A stretch of 47,070 nt of DNA, from assembly GCA_035549255.1 (NCBI GenBank), contig DASZRD010000009.1:1-47070 (forward strand), given 5' to 3'. Position numbers and translations under genes: made by a program. This DNA is from Minisyncoccota bacterium. Its GTDB lineage: Bacteria; Patescibacteriota; Minisyncoccia; Phycocordibacterales; SBAW01. Shown here piece by piece: positions 34,862-42,731 of the stretch (position 1 is its first letter; each line of letters starts with the position of its first letter). Under the pieces are notes generated by a model that was given only the letters and a program-made list of their open reading frames with translations, made no database searches and was not told where the DNA came from.

Positions 34862-37351
34862 ATGATTTCGCTGAGTTCTCTCTTCGGCTCCGCTCCGGCG
34901 GCGAGCCTTAAGGACGCGTCGCGCGTGGTCGAGGCGGTAAACTCGCATGAGCCCGCGATGCAGGCCCTCAGCGACGAGGCGCTCCGCAAGCTGACCCACG
35001 ACTTCCGCAACCGCCTTGCCGCGGGCGAGACGGTCGACGACCTCCTGCCCGAAGCCTTCGCCGCGGTGCGCGAAGCCGCGCGTCGCACGATGAAATTGCG
35101 CCACTTCGACGTGCAGCTCATGGGCGGCCTGGTGCTCCACCGCCGTGGCATCGCCGAGATGAAGACCGGCGAAGGGAAGACCCTGGTCGCCACGCTTCCG
35201 GCATATCTCAACGCGTTAATGAACAAGGGCGTGCACGTGGTCACCGTCAACGATTACCTCGCGCGCCGCGACGCGGTGTGGATGGGCCAGGTATATGCGG
35301 CGCTCGGGCTCTCGGTCGGCGTCATCAACCACGACGCGTCGTACCTCTATGACGGATCGCATGTGCAGAAAGAGGAAGACGCGATGCGCGACGAGGAGGG
35401 AAGCTTCCGCGTTTTTTACGAATATCTCCGGCCGGTCACGCGCCCCCAGGCATATCAGGCAGACATTACGTATGGCACCAACTCGGAGTTCGGCTTCGAC
35501 TACTTGCGCGACAACATCGCCTACGACCCGCGCGAGCTCCGGCAGCGCGGCCATCATTACGCGATCGTCGACGAGATCGACTCTATCTTGATTGACGAGG
35601 CGCGCACGCCGCTTATTATTTCGGCACCGGCGCAAGAGTCCGAGGATCTCTATCGGACCTTTGCGCAACTTGCGAACAAATTAAAACCCGAGAAGGATTA
35701 TACGATCGACGAGAAGCGTCGTGCGATCCAGATGACCGACGCGGGCATCGAGCATGCGGAAAAATTGCTCGGCATCGACAACCTGTATACCGAGAAGGGC
35801 ATCAAATACGTGCACCATCTCGAGACTGCGGTGCGCGCCCGTGCGCTCTACAATCGCGACAAGGAGTACGTCGTGCGCAACGGAGAGGTAGTCATTGTCG
35901 ACGAGTTTACCGGCCGCCTCCAGCCCGGCCGCCGCTGGAGCGAGGGGCTCCATCAGGCCATCGAGGCCAAAGAGGGCGTTGCGGTGCAGAAAGAAAGCCG
36001 CACCTTCGCCTCGATTACCTACCAGAATTATTTCCGCCTCTACGACAAGCTGGGCGGCATGACCGGTACGGCCAAGACCTCGAGCGAGGAGTTCTTTAAG
36101 GTTTATGGGCTCGAGGTGGCAGAGATCCCGACCAATAAGCCGGTCGTGCGCAAGGATCATAACGACCTCATCTTCCAGACCGAGCAAGGTAAGTTCAGCG
36201 CGCTTGCCAAGCAGGTAAAGACGATCCACGAAAAGGGCCAGCCAGTGCTGATCGGCACCGTGTCGATTGAGAAGAACGAATTGCTTTCGGCATTCCTCAA
36301 GCGCGAGGGCGTCCCGCATGAGATCCTCAATGCCAAGAACCACGAGCGAGAAGGCGAGATCGTCGCCGAGGCGGGCAAAAAGGGGAGAGTCACGGTCGCG
36401 ACCAACATGGCGGGCCGCGGCGTCGACATCAAGCTTGGCGGAGCGATGGCCAGCGCCGACGAGGCTGAAGAGGTGAAGAGCCTCGGCGGGCTCTTCGTGA
36501 TCGGCACCGAGCGGCACGAGGCGCGCCGCATCGACAACCAGCTGCGCGGCCGCTCCGGCCGCCAGGGCGACCCGGGCGCCACACAGTTCCTCGTGTCGCT
36601 CGAAGACTCGCTCATGCGCGTCTTCGCCTCCGACTCGATCAAGCATATGATGGGGCGCTTCGGCATCCCCGAGGACGAGCCGATCCAGAACAAGCTGGTG
36701 AGCCGCGCGCTTGAAAGCGCGCAGACCAAGATCGAGGGTTTCAACTTCGACGCCCGCAAGCACGTGCTCGAATTCGACAACGTGCTCGACCGCCAGCGCC
36801 GCGCCGTCTACGACAAGCGAAGAGCGGTGCTTGTTGGAAGCAAAGAGGAAGTTGCGGCGGTGCTGGTAGAGCTCGCCGGCGAGAGCCCTGAAGCGGCGGA
36901 ATTGCTAAAGAAAAAAGAGAGTGAGCTCGGCCGCGACCAGCTCCTCGCTGCGGCGCGCCGCCTCGTGCTCCAGACCCTCGATCAGCTCTGGGTTGAGCAC
37001 CTTGAATCGATGGAATACCTGCGCGGCTCGGTAAACCTCCGCGCCTACGGCCAGCGCGACCCTTTGGTCGAGTACCGCAAGGAGGGCACGCGCATGTACA
37101 AGGATATGGAGATGAACCTCCGCGGGCAGGTCTTCGAGCTTATCGATAGGCTCACCAAGGAGGGAACGCAGAATACCACCTCGCTTGCTGCGACACCTGC
37201 TCCGGCGCCTGTCATCAACATTCAGAATATCGCGCAGGAAGTAGAGATCGGCCGCAACGACGCGTGCCCCTGCGGCAGCGGCAAAAAGTGGAAGAATTGC
37301 GGCCTCAAAAATACGCCCGAGCACCAGCAGCTCATGGCCGCGAAGAAGTGA
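34862..37351 (+). CDS. secA: preprotein translocase ATPase SecA
   Basis: Walker A MKTGEGKTLV and DEAD-like VDEIDSILIDEARTPLIIS. Also GRSGRQGDPG and the C-terminal zinc motif CPCGSGKKWKNCG. Confidence 0.95.
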   Translation: MISLSSLFGSAPAASLKDASRVVEAVNSHEPAMQALSDEALRKLTHDFRNRLAAGETVDDLLPEAFAAVREAARRTMKLRHFDVQLMGGLVLHRRGIAEMKTGEGKTLVATLPAYLNALMNKGVHVVTVNDYLARRDAVWMGQVYAALGLSVGVINHDASYLYDGSHVQKEEDAMRDEEGSFRVFYEYLRPVTRPQAYQADITYGTNSEFGFDYLRDNIAYDPRELRQRGHHYAIVDEIDSILIDEARTPLIISAPAQESEDLYRTFAQLANKLKPEKDYTIDEKRRAIQMTDAGIEHAEKLLGIDNLYTEKGIKYVHHLETAVRARALYNRDKEYVVRNGEVVIVDEFTGRLQPGRRWSEGLHQAIEAKEGVAVQKESRTFASITYQNYFRLYDKLGGMTGTAKTSSEEFFKVYGLEVAEIPTNKPVVRKDHNDLIFQTEQGKFSALAKQVKTIHEKGQPVLIGTVSIEKNELLSAFLKREGVPHEILNAKNHEREGEIVAEAGKKGRVTVATNMAGRGVDIKLGGAMASADEAEEVKSLGGLFVIGTERHEARRIDNQLRGRSGRQGDPGATQFLVSLEDSLMRVFASDSIKHMMGRFGIPEDEPIQNKLVSRALESAQTKIEGFNFDARKHVLEFDNVLDRQRRAVYDKRRAVLVGSKEEVAAVLVELAGESPEAAELLKKKESELGRDQLLAAARRLVLQTLDQLWVEHLESMEYLRGSVNLRAYGQRDPLVEYRKEGTRMYKDMEMNLRGQVFELIDRLTKEGTQNTTSLAATPAPAPVINIQNIAQEVEIGRNDACPCGSGKKWKNCGLKNTPEHQQLMAAKK

Positions 37352-37352
37352 A

Positions 37353-37380
37353 TTGACTTTCTTTAGAGTTAATGTATAAT
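37353..37380 (+). promoter_or_regulatory. near-consensus sigma70 promoter TTGACT-16-TATAAT
   Basis: TTGACT at 37353-37358 and TATAAT at 37375-37380. RBS AAGGAGG at 37402-37408 sits 6 nt before the ATG at 37415. Confidence 0.7.
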
Positions 37381-37414
37381 CTATTCCAGTAATGAACCAT
37401 AAAGGAGGCCTCCC

Positions 37415-37969
37415 ATGGCCAACGCGCTCATTCCTACGATTGCGGTGGGTCTCGCGGCGCCCAGTGATGCGCACGGGATTCAAGACGTCTTTTACTGGAG
37501 CTGGATTACTACCTATCCCAGCGCCGAGTTCGGCATAACTGTCGAGGATATCGAGTACCGATACCAAGACCGGCATTCGATTGAGCGGATCGGCAGGACG
37601 CAGGAGCGAATAATTCTCGAGTGTCCCGCGATTATCTTGTTGGTTGCCAAAGACGGAAATTCGGTCGTCGGCTTGTGCCGCATACAGCCGGGCAAGGATA
37701 GCCACTTTCTTCAGTCGCTCTATATTCTGCCGGCCTATCAAGGCCGGGGTATCGGCGGCATGTTGTGGAAGGAGGCGCAGAAGTACCTTTCCCCTTGCTT
37801 CCCCGTGAAGCTTTGGGTAACCACGTACAATGCACGGGCGATCCGAATCTACGAGCGGTGGGGATTTGCGAAGCAGGGTACCAGCTTCTTGTCCCCACAG
37901 CTTCAAATGAGAAACGGCTCGCGATTCCCACTGTACGAAATGATCCGCCAACCAAAGCCGGCACCCTAA
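37415..37969 (+). CDS. GNAT family N-acetyltransferase
   Basis: Acetyl-CoA motif A YILPAYQGRGIGGMLW, and a C-terminal AIRIYERWGF block. Confidence 0.85.
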   Translation: MANALIPTIAVGLAAPSDAHGIQDVFYWSWITTYPSAEFGITVEDIEYRYQDRHSIERIGRTQERIILECPAIILLVAKDGNSVVGLCRIQPGKDSHFLQSLYILPAYQGRGIGGMLWKEAQKYLSPCFPVKLWVTTYNARAIRIYERWGFAKQGTSFLSPQLQMRNGSRFPLYEMIRQPKPAP

Positions 37970-37982
37970 GGGTGTCGGCTTT
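37954..37982 (+). terminator. hairpin/terminator with the GNAT stop codon in its loop
   Basis: AAAGCCGGCACCC TAA GGGTGTCGGCTTT forms 13 bp including one G-U pair. The downstream U tract is weak. Confidence 0.5.
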
Positions 37983-38014
37983 CGCTTTATATAAATGGGC
38001 GCTAAGCTAAGGGC

Positions 38015-38500
38015 ATGGAAAACAAGTATCTCCACGAGATCGCCATCACCGCTATTATCGTTAAGGACGGAAAGTATCTCATCACCAAACGCGCTCCTAC
38101 GAAGAAGCGCTTTCCTAACATGTGGACCGTGCCGGGCGGCAAGCTCGAGACCGATGATTATGTAAACTTGCCCAAAGACACGACCGACTATTGGTACAAC
38201 GTGCTCGAGAAGGTCTTGCGCAGGGAAGTGAAGGAAGAGGTTGGGCTTGAGATCGAGAACATCGCCTACGTGACGAGCCTCGCGGCGGTGCACGAAGGCA
38301 AGGACCCTTCGCTCGTTATCTCGTGCATGGCCGACTATGCCGGTGGTGAGGTGACGCTCCAACAAGAAGAATGCGACGAGTTTGCCTGGATCAGCCTTGA
38401 GGAAGCCAAGAACTATAAGCTCATCGACGGCATTGAAGACGAGCTCCAGATGGCCGACAACCTCCGCAAAGGCATAAAGACCGAATGGTCGCGGCACTAG
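38015..38500 (+). CDS. NUDIX hydrolase
   Basis: GGKLE ... RREVKEEVGLEI forms a Nudix box with a ~14-aa insertion relative to the 23-aa consensus. Confidence 0.85.
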   Translation: MENKYLHEIAITAIIVKDGKYLITKRAPTKKRFPNMWTVPGGKLETDDYVNLPKDTTDYWYNVLEKVLRREVKEEVGLEIENIAYVTSLAAVHEGKDPSLVISCMADYAGGEVTLQQEECDEFAWISLEEAKNYKLIDGIEDELQMADNLRKGIKTEWSRH

Positions 38501-38520
38501 CCGCGTAGTACAATACTTCC

Positions 38521-39276
38521 GTGGCATCGCTTGACCCTCTGCTGCTCGCTCCGGCGGCTTTTCTCTCCGGAGTTTTGATGTTCCTTGCTCCTTGCACGCT
38601 CCCGATCGTGCCGGGATACTTGGCGTTTATTTCCGGAAGTGGAGTCGTAGGTAATGGACAAAACAAAAGGCGGGGGAATGTCGTCGGCAACGCGGTCGCC
38701 TTCGTGCTCGGGTTCTCGATTGTTTTTATATTGCTTGGCACCTTTGCCGCTTTTTTTGGCGCGCTCCTCGGCGAGTGGCGCGATCTTGTCTCGCGCGTTG
38801 CAGGGCTCATTATCATCGTCTTCGGCCTCACGATGCTCGGCATCATCCGTCCGCCAGTCGTGGGGAGCGAGCATCATATAAAGTTGCCAAAATTCCTCGC
38901 ACTCGGCCGCCCCGAAAGCTCGGCGCTCATTGGCGTCTTATTTGCCCTCGGCTGGAGCCCGTGTATCGGGCCCATACTCGGTACGGTGCTCCTTTTCGCC
39001 TCAAGTTCCGCGACCGCGCTTCAGGGCGCGCTCTTGCTCGCAGTATTCTCGGCCGGGCTTGGGCTGCCATTCATACTCTCGGCCATTTTCCTCAACCGAC
39101 TGAGTGATACTTTCGTGCGCTGGGGCAAGGCTGCGCACGTGCTGTCCACGGTCGGCGGGATTGTGCTCGTGTGCCTGGGCATCCTTATGGTCTTCGGCGA
39201 TATGGGGCTCCTCATCTCGTGGGGCTACGGGCTCTTTAACTTCCTCGGCTACGACCGGTTGCTGCAGTATCTCTAA
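38521..39276 (+). CDS. ccdA: cytochrome c biogenesis / thiol-disulfide transfer protein CcdA (DsbD transmembrane domain family)
   Basis: GTG start. Two conserved Cys motifs, FLAPCTLPIVPGYLAFISG and WSPCIGPILG. Six TM helices. Confidence 0.85.
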   Translation: MASLDPLLLAPAAFLSGVLMFLAPCTLPIVPGYLAFISGSGVVGNGQNKRRGNVVGNAVAFVLGFSIVFILLGTFAAFFGALLGEWRDLVSRVAGLIIIVFGLTMLGIIRPPVVGSEHHIKLPKFLALGRPESSALIGVLFALGWSPCIGPILGTVLLFASSSATALQGALLLAVFSAGLGLPFILSAIFLNRLSDTFVRWGKAAHVLSTVGGIVLVCLGILMVFGDMGLLISWGYGLFNFLGYDRLLQYL

Positions 39277-39293
39277 CCCGCTACTATATATAC

Positions 39294-39629
39294 ATGCTTA
39301 AACTTATCGCACGCGTAATTATTATGGCGGCTGCACTTCTGCTTATAGCGGAGTTCGTGCCGGGTATCAGCGTCTCAAGCTTTTATATCGCGCTGGTGGT
39401 CGCGGTCATCTGGGGCCTCATGGGGCTCACGATCCGCCCGCTCCTCATGATCTTGACACTCCCGATCAACATCCTCACCTTCGGGCTCTTCTCTTTCGTC
39501 GTTAACGCGCTCCTGTTCTGGTTCCTCGCAAGCTTCATCGCTGGCTTCTCGGTTGCAGGGTTCGTGCCGGCGCTCATAGGCTCCGCGATACTCATGGTCG
39601 TTGGCTGGGCCTTGCACGCGGCGCTGTAA
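39294..39629 (+). CDS. 4-TM membrane protein of the putative phage-holin-4_2 (PF04020-like) family
   Basis: 111 aa. AEFVPGISVSSFYIALVVAVIWGLMGLTIRPLLMILTLPINILTFGLFSFVVNALLFW is the typical pattern for this family. Confidence 0.6.
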   Translation: MLKLIARVIIMAAALLLIAEFVPGISVSSFYIALVVAVIWGLMGLTIRPLLMILTLPINILTFGLFSFVVNALLFWFLASFIAGFSVAGFVPALIGSAILMVVGWALHAAL

Positions 39630-39646
39630 GCCGGTAAAACTCTAGG

Positions 39647-40615
39647 ATGGCATTTGTCGATGAACTGACGATCCAGGCCCGCGCGGGCCGCGGCGGCGAC
39701 GGCGTCGTGCGATGGCTTCATCTTAAGGGCAAGGAGTACTCCGGCCCCGCGGGCGGCAATGGGGGCGACGGCGGGAACGTCTATATCCGCGGCGTGCGTG
39801 ATATCAACCTCTTGTCGCGCTATCGCGGCGAGAAGCGCTTTGAAGCGGGCAATGGCAATGCCGGCGAGAATCAAAACAAGGCCGGCAAGCGCGGGGAGAA
39901 CCTCACCATAGACTTGCCGGTGGGCTCGGTTGTTATGAACAAGGAAACCGGCGAAGTACACGAGCTATTGCATGAAGGCGAAGAAAAGCTGGTCCTCAAG
40001 GGCGGCCGCGGCGGCGCGGGCAATGCGGTGTTCAAGTCGTCGGTGAATCGCCGGCCGGAAGAATCGACGCCAGGTGCCAAAGGTGAAGAGGCCGATCTCC
40101 GCATCGAGCTGCGCCTCTTTGCCGACGCGGGGCTGATCGGCCTCCCTAACGCCGGCAAATCCTCGCTCCTCAATGCGCTCACGGGCGCGGGAGCGAAAGT
40201 CGGCGCATATGCCTTCACCACGCTCGACCCGAACCTGGGCGCGCTCTACGGCTATATCATCGCCGATATCCCCGGCCTTATTGAGGGCGCTGCGGACGGG
40301 AAGGGTTTGGGATTTAAATTCTTGCGCCATATCGCGCGCACGCGCTTGTTGGTGCACTGTATCTCGCTCGAATCCCCGGATCCGTTTGTAGATTACAGCG
40401 TCGTCCGCAAAGAAATCGATCAATTCGAGGGCGGCATACTGAAGACCAAGCCGGAGGTTATCGTCTTTACCAAGTCCGACACGAAAACCCCGCAGGAAAT
40501 CGATGAGCTGCTCGCGCATGTTCGTGAAAAGAAGCAGGATATCTATACAGTCACGGTCTTGGATGATTCCTCGGTAGAAGCGCTGCGCAAGGTGTTGGTC
40601 GAACATCTGCGGTAA
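39647..40615 (+). CDS. obg: GTPase Obg (short form without a C-terminal extension domain)
   Basis: Gly-rich Obg fold FVDELTIQARAGRGGDGVVRW ... GGNGGDGGNVY. G1 motif GLPNAGKSSLLNALT, G3 motif DIPGLIEGA and G4 motif TKSD. Confidence 0.9.
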   Translation: MAFVDELTIQARAGRGGDGVVRWLHLKGKEYSGPAGGNGGDGGNVYIRGVRDINLLSRYRGEKRFEAGNGNAGENQNKAGKRGENLTIDLPVGSVVMNKETGEVHELLHEGEEKLVLKGGRGGAGNAVFKSSVNRRPEESTPGAKGEEADLRIELRLFADAGLIGLPNAGKSSLLNALTGAGAKVGAYAFTTLDPNLGALYGYIIADIPGLIEGAADGKGLGFKFLRHIARTRLLVHCISLESPDPFVDYSVVRKEIDQFEGGILKTKPEVIVFTKSDTKTPQEIDELLAHVREKKQDIYTVTVLDDSSVEALRKVLVEHLR

Positions 40616-40624
40616 ACTAGAGAA

Positions 40625-42703
40625 GTGATCACGCGGCACAAGCTCATCTTCATCGGATTGGCGGGCATATTTTTTCTGCCTGCTTTCGCGCAGGCGTCGG
40701 TTTTGGGCAGGCCTACCAATAATCTCGGGCTTGTCTCGTACTGGCCGCTCGACGAAGGCTCAGGGTCAATAACGGATGACGTTACTGGCGCCCATGACGG
40801 CACCCTGCATGGCTCGCCCGCATGGGTTGCGGGAAAGTTCGGCGACGCTGTGAGCTTTAATGATAACGGCAGCCAGTATATAAGCGCGGGGACCAATACC
40901 ATTACCGGAGCAAATCCTTTTACGCTCGCCGCGTGGGTCAATACGGCGCAATTAACGAATTATGCAGGGGCAGTCGCTATCGGGCCCTCGGCGTCATATG
41001 AGTCGGCTTATATAGGCGTCGTAGCAGGCGCCCAATACGGCACTTCTAATTCGCTCGGAGGCGGCTTGTACGGGGTAAACATCGGCTCGGGTGTTACAAC
41101 CATCGGCGCATGGGTGTATATAGCGATGACGTCGGATGGAACCAATATAAGGATGTATATAAATGGCACGCTTACTAATACCGTGGCGGCGACGCCTTCG
41201 CTTGCGAGCGGGCCGATTGGCATCGGCCGGATCGGTACTGACACCACATATGACTTCAAAGGCGTAGTAGACAGCCCGCGTATCTACAGCCGCGCGCTTT
41301 CTGGGGCTGAAGTATCCGCGCTGTATCGGGCGGGCCAAGCGAAATTTACCTCGCTCAACAGCAACGGGCTCACAGGGTATTGGAACTTCAACGAGGGAAG
41401 CGGTTCGACTGCGAAGGATTTCATCAGCGGTTCTCCCAACGGAAGTGTTATGGGGTCGCCCTCGTGGGTCGCCGGCAAGCAGGGGAGCGCACTCTTGCTC
41501 AACGGCTCCTCGCAATACGTTGACGTCCCGATAACTGTCAATTACCCAGCCTTCACCGTTTCAGCATGGTTTAACGCAACCTCTCTCTCGGCGAGCAACT
41601 CTCGTATCGTCGCCAACAGCCATACTGATGACGCGGCGGAACACAACGGCTTCCAGCTCATGTTTAATACCGGAGGCACTTCCGGATTTTTCGATGTAGG
41701 TAACGGTTCGAGCGAGGGCAGGGCAACCTGGAGCCAGACGCTCTCGACCGGCACGTGGTACCACTACGTCGGTGTCTACGACGGCTCCAGCGTATACGCG
41801 TACATCAACGGCGTGCAAGTAGCCTCGACGAGTTACGCAGGGGGTCCTATCGCGCCATCGGGCTATGACGTCAGTATCGGCCGCAATAATAATGCGGAGT
41901 ATACGGGCGACTACTTCAGCGGCGTCGTTGACGACGTGCGCATCTACGACCGCGCACTCTCCCCGAGCGAAGTTGCGGCGATGTATACTGCCAACATCCC
42001 TGCAGGCAAGGTGAATGTTAATACGTCGTCAGCGAACTTGTCTGCAGACAACAGCTTAGGCAGCGGGCTCGTCAGCCTGTGGACCTTCGACGGGGCAGAC
42101 CTCACCTCAACAACCGCGGCTGACCGCAGCGGGCAGGGGAACAGCGGCACCCTTACCGGATCGCCGGCACCGACGATAGGGAAGCTCGGCCAGGCGCTTT
42201 TGTTTAACGGCTCGAGCTCGTATGTCCGCCGGGCGACGCTCGCCACTTCCATCGGCTCGAATGCGACGATCTGCGCATGGATAAAGACTTCCTACACCGG
42301 CGGCGATCAGGTCATCTGGACCATCGACCGCAACGCAAGCAGCATCGTCAACGAGGGCATATTCAAAATCATTGCCGGCAAGCTGCGCTACTGGGATTAT
42401 ACGGGCTCCGCATACGGGTTTACCGACAACACGCCTGACGGCAATACGACCGTGACCGACGGAGCGTGGCACGACGTCTGCTTTACGAAGAGCGGCACTG
42501 CAGGAACGTTCTATGTCGACGGACTTTCGGACGGCACCAAGACAGCCGCCACCAACATCTCGTACGGCGCAACCGATATGGTCGTAGGTACTGACTATCG
42601 CGGCAGCAGCTCTTACTTTAATGGCGCCATAGATGATGTGCGGGTCTATGGTCGCGCTCTCTCGTCAGCCGAGATACAGCAGCTCTACCTCATGGGCAAG
42701 TAG
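40625..42703 (+). CDS. secreted protein with three LamG/concanavalin-A-like (Laminin_G_3) repeats
   Basis: GTG start and signal peptide MITRHKLIFIGLAGIFFLPAFAQA. Repeat entries are YWPLDEGSGS, YWNFNEGSGS and LWTFDGADL. Repeat ends are DSPRIYSRALSGAEVSALY, DDVRIYDRALSPSEVAAMY and DDVRVYGRALSSAEIQQLY. Confidence 0.85.
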   Translation: MITRHKLIFIGLAGIFFLPAFAQASVLGRPTNNLGLVSYWPLDEGSGSITDDVTGAHDGTLHGSPAWVAGKFGDAVSFNDNGSQYISAGTNTITGANPFTLAAWVNTAQLTNYAGAVAIGPSASYESAYIGVVAGAQYGTSNSLGGGLYGVNIGSGVTTIGAWVYIAMTSDGTNIRMYINGTLTNTVAATPSLASGPIGIGRIGTDTTYDFKGVVDSPRIYSRALSGAEVSALYRAGQAKFTSLNSNGLTGYWNFNEGSGSTAKDFISGSPNGSVMGSPSWVAGKQGSALLLNGSSQYVDVPITVNYPAFTVSAWFNATSLSASNSRIVANSHTDDAAEHNGFQLMFNTGGTSGFFDVGNGSSEGRATWSQTLSTGTWYHYVGVYDGSSVYAYINGVQVASTSYAGGPIAPSGYDVSIGRNNNAEYTGDYFSGVVDDVRIYDRALSPSEVAAMYTANIPAGKVNVNTSSANLSADNSLGSGLVSLWTFDGADLTSTTAADRSGQGNSGTLTGSPAPTIGKLGQALLFNGSSSYVRRATLATSIGSNATICAWIKTSYTGGDQVIWTIDRNASSIVNEGIFKIIAGKLRYWDYTGSAYGFTDNTPDGNTTVTDGAWHDVCFTKSGTAGTFYVDGLSDGTKTAATNISYGATDMVVGTDYRGSSSYFNGAIDDVRVYGRALSSAEIQQLYLMGK

Positions 42704-42712
42704 CCCGCTCTC

Positions 42713-42721
42713 TGCTATATT
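42713..42721 (+). promoter_or_regulatory. extended -10 element TGCTATATT, 10 nt upstream of the gatB ATG
   Basis: TGnTATATT with no Shine-Dalgarno sequence before the ATG at 42732. Confidence 0.45.
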
Positions 42722-42731
42722 CTCCTTATAT

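Noticed and set aside
35681-36763. 360-aa minus-strand ORF inside secA.
   Set aside because: It is fully antisense to the SecA motor domains, has no motifs, and shows the composition of a GC-rich shadow frame.
36905-38527. 540-aa minus-strand ORF, the longest antisense ORF in the window.
   Set aside because: It runs antisense through the secA 3' end, a consensus promoter, the GNAT gene, a terminator and the Nudix gene, all of which carry clear motifs on the + strand. Its translation is Arg/Leu/Ala/Gly-rich with no recognisable motif, which is typical of a shadow ORF in G+C-rich DNA.
39294-39629. Holin-family membrane protein as a hint of a prophage or lysis cassette.
   Set aside because: There is no endolysin, spanin, terminase, capsid or integrase gene nearby. 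The PF04020-like family is widespread as a chromosomal membrane protein of unknown function.
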